Shown piece by piece: positions 1 to 13,770 of a DNA stretch of 64,000 nucleotides. The first letter of the stretch is position 1. Every line of letters starts with the position of its first letter. The DNA is from Ginglymostoma cirratum (taxonomy: Eukaryota). The stretch is from contig JAHRHZ010000056.1 of assembly GCA_024137785.1 (NCBI GenBank), positions 11,002,433-11,066,432 of the forward strand, in the 5' to 3' direction. The position numbers and the translations under genes were made by a program. The notes under the pieces were generated by a model. The model did not search any database. It saw only the letters and a program-made list of their open reading frames with translations, and was not told the origin of the DNA.

Positions 1-2754
1 GATTTCAACAAATGTAAAGGAACTGCAAGTTGTTTCCAGATACACAATTTTAGAACAATGACTGGTTAATCAGTTTAGAATCCTATAATTTTCAAGCAGC
101 AACTCCAACGAAAACATTCATTACTAATTCATTTGAATTAGTGCTTAACTCACAAGGACAATTGTATGTAACGTAGAAATAAAATGAAAAATGTTAACAA
201 ATGGAAATAGAAGCAGAAATGCATGTCAGTCAGGATTAGTCAAGAGAAGGATGTGTTAATGTTACAGGCAGTGAACCTAGGCACAGCTTGCCTTGACTTT
301 TATATGCTACGTTACTGATTGTAAAGGCAGGTACAGGCAAGAAATTACATTATGTAGTTTTCATTTCCTGTCACCCCTTGGAGCAGGAGGCAGTTCCTCT
401 GTGCAACCACTGCCCCCATGCACCCCTGAACCCACCTTTAACCCAACCGTCAGACTGTTTAATCCTCCAAGTGCAAGTGGGAATTGTGCTAGGAACAATC
501 TCCTTCCTCATTACCCATTGATTCACTACCCACATATCTGGGTACTCACAAGGCTGGTTGCAGACCCCGTTTGTTTCCTATTGACACATCTAGTCTGATT
601 GTACAGTATTTAAAGGCAGATAGAGAGGTACCTTGGAGCAATATCCATGGGAGGTCCATGCCCCTATCTCCTACAGGTAACAAGGATTTGGTGTATTCTG
701 CATATCTGCATAGATGAATCCTAGTCCCAACTCTAACCCGGGTAAGGTTTCAGATTCTGTGAAGGATGACTGTAGGTTATGTCAGTCCCTTTCAGGCATG
801 TTTCCAACAGCAATGGCAAAGAGGGAATTCCCAAGCAGCCGCTTTGTCAAAATGATCCTGGTGAATGACTGAAGCCTTAAGCCATCATTTCTCTTTTAAG
901 ATACCAACCAACGAGTGGTGAATTTTTATAATATTGTATCTTCTGCAACGTGTTGATACAATTTTAATCTTAGTGAAATTGCAAACAAGTGACTCAGTTT
1001 GATAAGCCAGTGGAGCACATGTAGGCTGGGCTGTGATATTGTGCTTGCATTTCTCTGCAGTAATGTCTAATTTGAACCAGACTATGTTAAGGAGGAGCTG
1101 AATAAATGTTAGTCCACTTCCCAAAGAGATAAAATTTAAACGAAGACAATTTTCTTGTGTTCTTATATCATTTTAGCAAAGGTAGTAGGCACATGGATGC
1201 AGGAAATCAAATAAATTAGTTTTCATCATCCACCATCTTCAGCAGTAAGACTCACTTGCTATCCACGCACAGCCTTCACCCAGTCCCAGCAGGGAGCTCC
1301 CAAGCATGAGTGGAAATTGTGCCAGTTTTCTTATTGGCTCGACAGCGTATGCAGCTGGCAGAAATTTGGTCCCACAATTCCCATTATTTCTGCCAGAGGA
1401 AGGTAGGCTGAACAGAGAGGCTAGAACAAGCTGGGGAAATCAGAAAAAGAAAAATAAGTTTCAACAGCTGTTATGTAGCTACTAAAACCGAGGTGAGCAA
1501 ACTGGAACCACTGAGTCAACCTTGGCACTGACCGAAATTTTTATCGGCCTCGGAAACCAAGCAGAAAATTATGCAATTGTCATGAATTCAGCGCAGTGTG
1601 CTCGTGAAAAGCATAATCCTCTTCAGCTCAATACCAAAATCATTTGACAGGATTTTACTGATCTTTTTGACATCCCTTCCCATCCCACACAGCCCGGGGA
1701 CAGTGAAAGCGGAATTATCTATTAAAATGAAAAGAATCGAAGAATGAATCGCATATAAAAATGAGATATTATTTGTTTCTAAAATAGTAAAATTCACATG
1801 CTACACATCTGAAAATACTTTATTGTTTGGCTGCAAGTGTACAATTCATTGAAAGTTGATGCCAAAGTCATTGCCTGCTTGGCCACTGCACTGATATTCA
1901 TTATTATCCAACACAAAACAGCACAAATTACACCTGGACTGAATACATCATTGTGTAGGAAATACAGGAGTTGAACTTCCCTTGAGATTTTACCAATCTT
2001 GTGCTTTTGTCATTTCTATAGAATTTCTTTTGATCTTCCACCAAAGTCTCGATGATTGTTCAAGAAGACACTTATGGAAATCTTAACCCATTACTTGAGA
2101 AGGATTTCTCATAATGTCCTTCCATGGGTTCTCATCAAATTGACATTGCTGGGGAGATGATAGCTTATGTATTGCAACCAAGCAGTGATAAGATGAAAGG
2201 ATCTTGTTTGAATTTGATCCAGAACTCCTTGCATGTCCCTCTCTCAAATTCATCTTAGAGGGGCAGAACCCCCAGAATAAGTATGGTGTGTGCATTGCCT
2301 ATATCACTCAGTGAGATGACTTTTCCTGGCAATGTGGTGGTTGGGCTGAAGGTAGCAGGCAGAGGTGGTCTAGGAAAATAGTGGGGAGCCATGCCATGCC
2401 ACCTTGGCAATGTATTTGTGCCTCCATGGAGCGTTCCCCAAGGTTCTCTGGAAATCTGATTGCCCACCTATTCCAATGAGATGAGCAGCCAGTCAATCTT
2501 CTTAAAGCTCCTTAAAGGTTGGATTTTGCAACTTTGCAGGTATTCTGTCAGTGGTAGACTAGATTACTCCCTCTCCAACTCTGGAGATTTTCAGTTCAAT
2601 GAAGGCCACCATGCAACCAGCAACAGGCTGGGAGAAGTATCAGAGCTGGAAGGAACACATCCTATAAACTAAATGCAAGTATAAAAACCACACAACTGTG
2701 GCCACACTCAATCCAGTAGAGCGATTTTCCTTCTGTAACTGAACTTATGTTCAA

Positions 2755-2992
2755 ATAATAAATCTGGAATTGAAAGCTCGTTTCACTAACGGTGAGCCTG
2801 AAACCATCACTGATGTAAAATCTATTTCATTCACTAACGCTCATGAGAAAAGGAAATCTGCCATTCTTATGTTATCTAGCTTGCATGAGACTTCAGACCA
2901 AAAGCAATGTGGTTAAATCTTAACTGATCTCAGTGCAAGGGCAATCAGGCCTTGCTAGTGATGTTCACATCCCGTGAAAGAATAAAACAAAA
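2755..2992 (+). mobile_element. Older 3' part of the 22437 SINE family
   Basis: aatctggaatt...aggaaatctgcc...agcaatgtggtt...gaataaaa shared blocks. Confidence 0.6.
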
Positions 2993-4319
2993 CTGCAACA
3001 GTCAATACACATCAACAAAAGTGAAGTATTTGCTTGTTTATTTATTTCCTTGTTTATGAAACCCTTAGGGGTTTACTGCCCAATATTTTAGTTATTTCTC
3101 TGCTGCTGTGCAGCCCAGTGAGAGCACTACCATTTTGAGCTGCCCTTATAGCTGCTACCTGCATTATGTCTGCCTCTCTCACTGCAACAGGACTGAAGCT
3201 GCAGTCCTCAGTTCAAGACAGCAACATCAAGTGCCCACCCATCTTTCTTATTGGGAGGTCATGACCTGAAAGAAACTTGTGTAGGCCTTGATCTGGCATG
3301 TCCGAGCTTAGATTTCCCATTTGGTTGCATGTTGGTGTCTTGGAGTCTGTGACAAAATCCAGCCCGTCTTCTAAGGAAGATTGTCAAGTTAGTGCTCAAT
3401 TTTGAAATGTAAACTAGGTTATTTTCTATCAAAAGCATTCAAAACGCACATCTAAAAGATGAACATTTGTGGCTTTCAATTGTCCTGCTATTATTTAATT
3501 CCGTTTTCTTCAAATGTGTCAATCTAGAATTAGATTACACCAGTTTGTCGGAACTATAACAGCAGAGACTTTACAAGCAGATGTTTTACAGCTTCGAGCT
3601 GTCTGAAACTGAGCTAACAAAGGAAACACCTTTGAATAACTTATCCACGCACCTGGAAATGAGGAAGACATTGAAATTATGCATCTTAGCCTCCTTTAAC
3701 TATACGTTCTGTCTCAGCAGATAACAGGGTAACCTTGATAGGTACATGTGGCACTGACAGATTGAACAAGGGGATATAAAAGCTTAAGTACTCTGGTTCA
3801 TTATAAATGACAAAGTTTTTCTTAAAAATAGAGGGATAGGAATACAATTGCATGATAGAAAATTAATTAGAATCTTAAAAATTTTTGCATTGGAACATAA
3901 AATACACAAAATAACTTTCTGCTTGAAAAACACCTGAAAATTAGTTACAGACAAAAAATCTTGTGGGAAATCATGTTTAGGAGAAGTATCAACATATCAA
4001 AAGTGAAAGAGAAGTTCATCAGCATTTTATGAGATATCTGTAAGAACATTCAGAGAAAATTGATGTACATCCGAAGAGATCTTCTGCAACGTGAGTTGAC
4101 ATTACAGAGTGGCCAATCCAAAGGCTGACTGTGTGGAGAATAACTCAAAAGAGTGCCTTTAAATTTCAATATACATTTTAAATGGCTGTAGCAGCGGCAC
4201 ATTTCATACTTCACAACTTAAAATAAAGATTCATGCAAACAGTAGTGAGTTTTGGAAAGCAGGCATTATTCACTTTAAAATAAAGTTCTGCTTAAACAAG
4301 TTTATTTCAGCATATTCTT

Positions 4320-4443
4320 TTAGCTAGTATTAAGTAATATTAATAAATATTGTTTTGCTAATATTAAAATTGTTATTAATAAAATATTTTTGCTGATATT
4401 GAAAATTGTTATTAATAAATGTTATTTTTTCTAGTATTAAGTG
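4320..4443. repeat. AT-rich minisatellite, ~36-bp unit, ~3 copies
   Basis: tattaataaa..at.ttttgct.atatt.aaaattgt repeated; ctagtattaagt at 4324 and 4431. Confidence 0.7.
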
Positions 4444-5604
4444 TATCATTACTATTTGGGAAGGAGAATCGACGCAGATTAGTGCACTTTTAAAAAAGTT
4501 TTATATTAAATCATACATTCTAAACAAATGATTAATAAATGCACAGAGCTTTCTGTCTTGGAAAACTTACAAAATTATTTATTAATTTATGGAGGAATAG
4601 TATATAACATACCTACATAAAGAAAATACTACTAAATTATTTTTGTGCATGTTTCATAGTTTCTGGGGAGATCTCTTAATGTTTTTCCCAAATCCTTTTA
4701 TTGAACATATACCTCCCGCCCAAGTAGCACACTCAAGCACACATGTCTTGCAACTGCATAGTAACTGATTCCATGAGCAACAGCATGGGCAATTGACTAG
4801 ATTCATCAACAAAAGAAGTTGTGCCCAAAAATGACAACGAGGCATTGTGCTGAAGCAATGTATCTTTACTTCGAAATGCCATGCCACAATACATCATGGA
4901 ATCTACGCATCTTCAAATTTCAAAATTCTGCATTTTTGATTCAACTTTTATCATCAAAGGCAAGCAGTGAATTGAAGCAGATACTTCCTTAGAACTAACA
5001 AGAGAAGGCAAAGGAAAGAGAACTGGGGACTCTTCACATTTCTCCCAGTAGACAGTGACTGAGTTACACTGAGGTATCCTAATAGAGGTTACCATCCTTA
5101 AAGCTTCTTGTAACATTCAGTCCTGAATGACTCAGTTTAAATTCAGAAAAGCTGAAGTTATACTATTTGAATCTTCCATGGTTACTCAATGATGCTAAAT
5201 TGATGATGTACAAATTTGTTTTATTTTTCTTTCACTGCCAGATAATAATGTCATCCTTTGGCAACCTGGAGAAATTTTTATTTCCAAACTACCTCATAAC
5301 ATTAGCTGCTGAAATTTTCATCTGTCCCTGCATTGCCTTGAGAATCAATTTTTATAATGCTCACTTCACTGACTTCTAATTCAACAGAAAACTTCAGTTA
5401 CTACGGAAATCTATGGTTTAAATTGTGTCCCATGCCAAATCCAATACAGCAATTTGGATCTTAGCCAGTCAGTGAGACAGAATCCAAGTTACCTTTCTTT
5501 GTGGATAGTTTATTAACTACCCAGTCTCACAGCTCCTGCTACACAACAGTCCAACCTTTTCCATCCTTAGATAGTTCTAATTGAACTGTTGAGGCATGTA
5601 CGAC

Positions 5605-5685
5605 ACACTTCCAAGGCAGGTGATTTTTGAACCTGGGCCTTCTGGCTCAGGGGGATGGACGCTATCAGTGTGCCACAAGAACCCC
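5605..5685 (-). mobile_element. tRNA-derived SINE head
   Basis: Minus strand tcttgtggcacactgatagc...gcccaggttcaaa; similar to 46922-46998. Confidence 0.5.
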
Positions 5686-6894
5686 TTGTTCCACCCTTAT
5701 TTCTACCCAGTTTAATAATAATCAATTAACATCAGTTGCCCGCTTATCTAATTGTTATATTAATACAACACACGCACAAACCAGTCATTTCCTTGTCGTG
5801 TTGATTGCCTGCACGTCAGTAAATTGGATTTGAAACTCTTCTCTTCATTTTTAGATCCTTCTCTGGTCTTGTCGTATACTATTTATTCTTTAAGGAAAAT
5901 GTTCTTTAATGATCTGTGCTTGCTCACACTGTATATTCCATTGACTGGATTATTGTTTATAGTCATCCCTTCAAGTACCAGCTGACAAAGCCAGTTAATT
6001 TACACAATGTACAGAGGTTAAGGTTGTATTTGTTTTATTTTACTCTGTATACTTGGCAATTAGTTTTGGTCTTGTTTGCCAGGGGTGGACACTATGGCAG
6101 ACAGCATGCAATGGCTAGATTCTTCATCCAAAATCCCTCTTTTACTACTTCAACAGAGGCATTAATGCATTAAGTTAAAGATGTAAAAAACAGTCACACC
6201 TCTGGGAGCTACAGATCAGCAAATTAGGATTCCATGGCATACTACTAAGCTCAGTTCTGTTGAATTGTCATCACAACCTAAAACAGAATCTTGCGCCCTC
6301 TCCCATTATGCATTTGTTGGCCGGGGTGCACTTAACCAGGTGGAGCATGTTTGAAGGAAACCTCGTCTCCTTCCAGCCTCAGGCCCAATTAGGTCCATAT
6401 CCGGAAGGTCCATGGACTGTCCTCCTGCATAATAAGACTCTTAAGTGGGCGTTTAAGGAATTAATGGCAACTTAAAGTCCTCATCCTAACACTGCTGATA
6501 TTCACCCATTGGTAAGGGGAATCTCGCCATGAAAGGACCACAACAAACAAGCACTGGTGAGTTTATTTTCAGGATCCTGTGCATGGTCTATTTTTAAAAG
6601 GCACTCATTGGCTCATTGACAGATCCAGTATTAGGAGGGGGTTGGTTTTGATTGAGTATCATGAGACCCACAGATACACACATACCTCACCTCCGCTCTA
6701 ACAGCTGATCTCCTTTGCCCACAGCCTATGTCCTTCCTGCATCTGAAGTCTTGGGTAGGTGTGATACCAACAGGAGAACCACCTACCTGCTAACATTGCC
6801 GAGTGCAGAAAAGCTGCTAGGCCAGCAGCTCTTGGTGAACAGACCTTCAGTCTCAGGGCTCCCAAATCCCAGGAGAGGATCACTTTTGTTACCT

Positions 6895-7063
6895 TCTTAA
6901 ATGGTTTAAAAAATATTTGGATAGGAACAAGGATGAGAAGGGTTTAAGAGGGAGATGGACCAAATGTGGGCAATTGGAACTAGCTGAGTGGGCACCATGG
7001 TCAGCATGGACCATTTTGGGCTGGAGGGTCTGTTTCCATGCTGCATCACTCTATGACTCTATA
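6895..7063 (+). mobile_element. CR1-type LINE 3' end
   Basis: tttaaaaaatatttggatagg...gggctggagggtctgtttccatgctg...ctctatgactcta terminal repeat. Confidence 0.7.
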
Positions 7064-8956
7064 AGCAGCCTTCCCAAAGAGAAGCAACCTGAGGCCCTCA
7101 CCAGCTCTTCAGCCAGTAGCTGAGACCCATTTGCCTTCCCAAGGTTCCATTTGTTTCACTTCCTAAATGACCTGCTGAGAATTTCCTGCAGTTTCTGTTT
7201 TGATTCCAGGTTTCTGGCATTTGCATATTTTACTTCTATACTAAGGTTTATTTGATTTGGCTATACTGATTTTGGATTTTATTTCATAGCATGATACAAG
7301 TAAGTAGAAGAACCTGCTTGTGTTATTATATTGCTCTTCAAAATAGACAATTAAAAGACTGAAAATGTCAAAAATTATTACCACAGCTTTCTTTTCCTTT
7401 GAGATAACATATACATTAGGTAACATAGATTGTTCAAGAACAATATAATGACAACTTTGCATTCCACCTGAAAGGTGGCCTTTTAAGAAAACATACTGTA
7501 AGTTATCATTACAGTTTCCCTGTGTTCTTTTGTGACTGAACATCTGCATTAGCTTAGAGGTGCAACACAAGTCTGGGCTTGCTTCTTCTTCCAACTCTCT
7601 TACCAACCACACTACAAGAAAAAGTACAGCAGTAACCTGTATGTGGAAAATTTCAGATTTATCCCAGAGCATATTAAAATAAAGTCCTTTATGCAATCAT
7701 TATACAGTCTTATGATGAAAAGTTGAAAAAAGAAAGTATTTGATTCTTTCTGAGCAAGTACTTAATCATTTGAAGACTTTAACCCTTTTGGATAAATCAA
7801 TTGAGACTGACTTCTGCAGATTCAAGTAGATACTCAGTTGTAAGCACAAGATCACAATTCTGAGTCTCAATCTTCTTTTTGTTGTTTTACAAAGGTGGGC
7901 CTCGTCACTGTTTTCCAAAAGCAGAACAGAATCTGGCTTCCTTGGTAAAGAGATGAGATCTTCCAACCTTGGGAAAGGGGTAATTTTTACATTCTTTAAC
8001 TTGGCCAATATCCAAGCCACCCCAAATCCTAAACATTCCCACCTTTCAGATGATAAAGGGATATCTGGTTTAAAACGGAAGATCCATGACAATTGTGAAG
8101 GAGGGTAATTTTAGCCCCAAAACATTGGCAGATTTGAACCAGGTGAGAAGTTAACAGGTTAAAAATCTCAAGCCCAATCCTGAGTCACCCACTTTCAGTT
8201 TTAACTGTGGAATGGGGGAAGGTCTGTGTGGGTAATTTAGATATTACAATATGTTTGCATACCTCAACCTGCCTAAACATTGGCAAATTCAAGGAGATAT
8301 GTTATCCTCAGGAATAAAACCGAACACAGAAAAGGTTTTCAACACCAGTAACCTTGGGACGGTGAATGTATGGTCAAGCAAGCCTGATGCAATCAGCCAA
8401 AACCTTGCCTTGTGCTACAAAGAAAAAAGGAATGAATGGATAAGACAGGAGCTCTTGATAATGTGATGAAAATTAACCAGTAATCGTGAAGATTACCATG
8501 GGTGCACTCTCTCAGGGCCATGTGAAAGCAAATTCAGATCTGGGCAGAATTCAGGAAGCGAATGAGGCAAAGCAAATATGACAATCTAACTGTCTTCTAA
8601 CTAGAAATAACTTTGACAGAAATTGGTGTCCTTGTGTGCATTATTCATCAGCCAATATTCTTTGGAAAGATTGTAACTTTCAGCTATTCTAAACCATACC
8701 CAGGAAAATGGTACACTTTTACTGACATCATTGATAGAGATTTTCCCCAATTCCAGAGTAAGAATTGTATGTAAATTAGTATATAAAGGAAAAATATCAT
8801 TTGATCTAAAGTTTTCACTTCTGTCAGTCATTTGTAAAATACGACAAATCTCTTCATAAAATGTGATTTCACAGGGTCTTTTGATAATTCTGTTGATATA
8901 ATCTCAGACAGCCTCTTGGTGTGTTCTGATAATACACGAAAACCTTTTTTTTAACT

Positions 8957-9164
8957 TAACACAGTTTGGAACTGGAGGAACACAGCAGGCCAGGCAGCAT
9001 CAGAGAAGCAGGAAAGTTGATGTTTTGGCTTGGGACTCTTTGGAAATGGACGCTGATCCGAAATGTCAGCTTTCCTGCTCCTCTGATGCTGCCTGGCCTG
9101 CTACGTTCCTTCAGCTCCACACTGTGTTATCTTTGACTCCAGCATCAGCAGTTATTACTATCTC
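8957..9164. mobile_element. Palindromic non-coding Penelope pLTR derivative
   Basis: Arms ggaacacagcaggccaggcagcatcagagaagcaggaaagttga / tcagctttcctgctcctctgatgctgcctggcctgct resemble the pLTR end at 13675-13745; ~35-nt tail on the right side only. Confidence 0.8.
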
Positions 9165-10456
9165 TGATTTTTTTTTTTGGTATGATGTCTTTGAAGGAAT
9201 AAGCAACTTCTGAAAGCCCACGTCTGGATTCCCATGCTGATTTTTGTTTTTACTTGTTACTCGTGACTGAAAAAATATTGATATTTTGTTTTCAGCCCAG
9301 CAGTTGAACATTTTCTGAGATTCACACAAGCAAAGCATTTGGAATCACTCACACTAACATTGAGAAGTTATTAATGCTCTTAGTGTGACTTAAGCAAGTG
9401 ATCTGGCCTGGATTTGCAATCCCAAGTCAGGTGGACAGAGATGAGAGAACTCCCTGCTCTATGAACATAATATTTAAAGATGGTGACAAATTGCAGTGCC
9501 ACCTCCCTCTTTGACATCTTTCACGGTGTATCTTATTGAGCAGGGAACTTTAGAAAGCCAGCGCTTGTCCAGATGCTCGGAAGCCTTGTAAAGATGGCAC
9601 AGGTGCCAGGGATGCCCATCTTATAGTAGATATCCACCAAGTGATGAGTTGTTCTAGTAATGGTGCATGGTAAGATGGGGCTAGAATTGCTTGAGGAGGA
9701 TACCATAGTGATGGGTAGATTGTCAAGTCTGGTAAGATATTGTGAGCAATTTCACTTGGCTTCATGGTGTAAAAATCTCCAAAAACCTCCATGCAACTGC
9801 ACTTTGGCAAAAAAAATGTAAGATTCAGCCTAACATTTTGAGTCTAAAATGATACAGGACTTGAAATGTGAACTCTAGGCAGAATCTTCCAGGAGACTGA
9901 GCATTGTGGGCTATGGTCAAATAGGTGGCAGAATTGGGTGAGAATAGTGATGAGAGCCATCTCAACATTTGGAGCAACCTGTACCATCTTTATTGTTTTC
10001 ACAAGCAGTGTGGAGAGATTCTCACTAGGCAGAGGCAAGATGCCAATAGATGGAGATTCACATGTCTTAAACACCTTATTAACAGTACAACTTGACTCAT
10101 TAGTATTTAGCCTCCCATGTCATGAAACTTCCCAAGAAGTGAGATGTCAGGAAAATGCTCCAGAGAAACCAGTACGAACGCATGGCAAATTCAGCTTGTC
10201 ACCTTCTCTGAACAACATCCATTTTAGAAACTTGGCACCAACATCTCTGGGCATGTTCCATGGGTACTGGCCCACATCCACATCTGATATGTGACAGTCT
10301 CTAAACACCTCCAGGGACACCTCTGATCCACTTACAGGATCCTTCTGCACTGCAATGCTGCACTGGCAACTATCATTGTATTCCTGTGGCAAGAACACTG
10401 TGTACTCGGGCATATGAACCCAGCTCATAGACTGAACCAGGCTGCATCATCAGGCT

Positions 10457-10690
10457 AAATGAAAACCGAAAGAACTGCAGAAGCTGTAAATCAGGAACAA
10501 AAGTTGCTGGAAAAACTCAGCTGGTCTGGCAGCATCTGTGAAGGAAAAACAGAGTTAACGTTTCGGGTCTGGTGACTCTTCCTCAGAATGGGCCCCCAGT
10601 CGTACTGGACTTGAAATATTAGCTCTGTTTCTCTCTCCACAGATGCTGCCTGACCTGCTGAGTTTCTCCAATGTTCTATGTGTTTATTAC
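10457..10690. mobile_element. Palindromic non-coding Penelope pLTR derivative (second subfamily)
   Basis: Arms ctcagctggtctggcagcatctgtg / cacagatgctgcctgacctgctgag; minus-strand CTGAGGA...GACCC-GAAAC-GTT hammerhead-like core. Confidence 0.78.
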
Positions 10691-10739
10691 TTACAGCTGC
10701 TTTCAGCCTTGACCAGGGCATGAGAGCAGTTTACACGGC

Positions 10740-11062
10740 TCCATCTTCCACCATGTGGAGGGACAAGAGAAGCAGAACAGCAGTACCAGCCAAAGCAAAC
10801 CAGCCGGAGAGCCTGATGCCTCTTCCACAGCCAGAAGCTTCTCCATAGGACATGGGGGATGGACACAGAGATGCAGTTCCGAGGCTGTGATAACACCATA
10901 GTGGGTCTACAGGCAGAAGTCAGCTCTCCAGAGAGGTTTGAGTACCAGTGCCTCAGAAGGCTCACAAATTCATGTCAGGTCGTTTGCAGCTTCATGGAGC
11001 AAGACCTCTTTCCCAGTCGAACAGATTGCATTGTCGGTGGCATACAAGGTGACTGTCACTGG
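10740..11062 (+). mobile_element. PIF/Harbinger transposase relic (N-terminal part)
   Basis: QCLRRL...VCSFMEQDLFP and, frameshifted, ALSVAYKVTV resemble HARBI1-like DDE transposase N-termini. Confidence 0.5.
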
Positions 11063-11302
11063 ACAATCACTGCCTCCCATGACTCCACATTGCCCCTACA
11101 CACCAAACAGACCCTGTTTCTGTCCCTTCCTGAGATAGTGCACTCTCTTCCCTACATCTCATTTTCCTCACACTCATTTGGCTAAGAAATGGCTGTTCTG
11201 CTAAGTTCTTATTTATAGCTTTACTGTGTTTATCTGCACTGGCATTTTGTGCTCCCCATTGCCACTGGGTACCAAATGTGCAGTAATCATCTATTACCCC
11301 AA

Positions 11303-11548
11303 TATAGAAACATAGAAAATAGGAGCAAGAGTAGGCCATTCAGCCCATCGACCTGGCTCCACCATTCAATATGATCATGGCTAATTATCCAACTCAACCT
11401 ATTCCCACTTTCTCCCCATAGCCTTTGATTCTCTTAGCCCTAAGAGCTGTATCTAACTCCTTCTCAATGTTTTGGCTTCAACCACTTTCTGTTGTAGAGA
11501 ATTCTACAAGTTGACCACTCCCTGGATGAAGAAATTTCTCCTTATCTC
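11303..11548 (-). mobile_element. CR1-type LINE 3' end
   Basis: Reverse of aatggcctactcttgctcctattttctatgtttctat tail plus RT C-terminal remnant. Confidence 0.75.
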
Positions 11549-11734
11549 GGAACAGATAACCTGGAGTTGTTTGAAACCTAAAAAAAATTAGGGCTTGAAT
11601 CTCAATCCTAACATGAACTAAAATTCAAACTCAGTAACGTCTCTATTGCCTGAGCAGATGTCCCTGAGTGAAGAGTTACACAACAACGCACAACATTGCA
11701 AAGAAACAAAAAAATGACATGGCCAACAGTTTAG

Positions 11735-12615
11735 TACCAAAGTGACTCAACATTAGGTGGTATCATGGACAGTATAGATAATAGCATAAAATTACAAGGG
11801 GGTACTGATAGACTAAGTGAATGGGCAAAACTGTGGCAGATGGTGTTCAATGTAAGTAAGTGTGAGGCTATCCATTTTGGACTGAAAAATGATAGATAAG
11901 GGTACTTTCTCGATGGTGTGAAGCTGAATATAATGGGTTCAGGTGCACAGATCTTTAAAATGTCAATAACAGCTGCAAAACGTAACCAAGAAAGCTAATC
12001 GAATACTCATCTTTATACTTAAGGATGAAGACATTATTCTGCAATTATAGAAAATTCTAGTGACACTCCATTTGGAATACTGTTAGCAGATCAAGGCACC
12101 ACACCTTAGAAAGGATATACTGGCCTTAGAGAGAACAACATAGGTTTACGAGAATGATACTTGGACTTCAAGAGTTAAGTTATGGAGAGAGATTATACAA
12201 GTTAGACCTGTTTTCTCAGAATTTGGAAGGTTAAGGGATAATCTGATCATAGCGTTCAAGATATTAACAAGAAAAGGTGGGGTAGTTAACGATAAACTAT
12301 TTCCACTGTATGTGGATTCTAGAACTGGGGGGAGTAGTCTGAGAATTAAGACCAGACTGTTCAGGAGAGATGTTAGCAAATACTTCTACACACAAAGGAT
12401 GGTAGATATTTGGAATTGTCTTCCACAAATGGCAGCAGATGCAGGATCAGTTTTTAATTTTAAATCTGAGACAGATTCATTTTTGTTAAGCAAACATATT
12501 AAGGGATATGTGACAAAGGCAAACATATGCAGTTAATCCACTCATCAGCTATAATTTCATGAAATGGTGCAACAGACTCGAGGGGCTGAATGGTCTACTC
12601 TTGTTCCTATGTTCT
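11735..12615 (+). mobile_element. CR1-type LINE fragment (RT C-terminus and 3' UTR), degenerate
   Basis: WAKLWQMVFNVSKCEAIHFG; YFYTQRMVDIWNCLP; tail gaatggtctactcttgttcctatgttc. Confidence 0.85.
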
Positions 12616-13734
12616 TCTGTCTGAAAGTCATGAAGCAACAGTAATAATAGCCATGGAAAATGTTCTCATGTCATTTTGGATGAAGATGAAGGCATAACGA
12701 TGGGAGGCAGCCAGAGAATGAGCAACCCAATAGAAAGTGGGTCAAATTAATTCCTCTTAAAAGTTTTGCTGCTAAATAAAAGTCCCTGGTATTTGCATAA
12801 TTGAAAGGATATGCTTAGAGGAACTCTTAAGTAGTTAATGATATGAATGCCATATCCTTCATATATTCCTTAAAGAATTGTGAGATTATTTGATTTTTTT
12901 TTCTAGAAATTTCCATTGATGCTGATGTTTGTGCTTGAAAGAGACAGAAAGTTCAGATCTCTTGTGCTAATTATCAAATAGCGCCCATGCTGGTTCAATG
13001 TTTTTAAGCAATGATGAGATAGTGAGCAGACCAAGAATGTTTCAGGTTCCCTCACACTGTTCTGAGTTAACTAACCTGAATAAACATAGAAAAATAAATC
13101 ATAATTAGCTTTCATACTCCACAGTAGGAGAGGGAAATTGTAATGAATCCAAAGTAAGTTTCAGGAGGCTAGACTGGAGGGCATATGGGGAGGGTACGGG
13201 GGAATGGAATCATGATTCGGATGAATTTAGATGAGCACTTACTGTATTTCCTGGCTCCTCAGGCTTCTGTAATGAAAATATTTTTCTAAAATTACTTTTT
13301 TTAGGCATCTGCCCAGCGTACCTTAAAAGGGGCCCCTTGAGCAGTGGGATCAATGCCTCAGCTGACGTGGAGCCAACCCACCCAAGATTGGAATTTTATC
13401 GTCAGTTGCAACAAGAAACTCTCCGGAGGACAGCTTTAAGGATGTCCTCAAAGCAAACCTGAGGAAGCCAAACATCTCATGCCAGCTCACAGAAGTCCCT
13501 GGGTGGTGAGCAACAAAAATGGAAAAGGTTCATCGGGGAAGGCACCAAACACACTGAGAGACCTCTTTGGGAACACATAGAGGTGAAGTTAAGCCATTGG
13601 AGGGAGGGCACAAACCTTCAAACAACTCCATTAAGCCAACCTTTCAAGCACCGCCTGCCCTTCCTGTGGCAGAGATAACAAGGCGTGGGGCTGGATGAAC
13701 ACAGCAGGCCAAGCAGCATCATAGGAGCAGGAAA

Positions 13735-13770
13735 ACTTGACGTTTCGGGCCTAGACCCTTCATCAGAAAT
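13735..13770 (-). ncRNA. Minimal type I hammerhead ribozyme motif in Penelope pLTR
   Basis: Minus strand CTGATGA-A-GGGT-CTAG-GCCC-GAAAC-GTC. Confidence 0.7.

Noticed and set aside
4320-4443. CRISPR-like repeat array
   Set aside because: Head-to-tail degenerate AT-rich tandem repeat with no unique spacers, in eukaryotic DNA.
7241-8092. ORFs 7241-7696 and 7766-8092 (-) as genes
   Set aside because: No recognisable domain, non-ATG starts, and lengths expected by chance.
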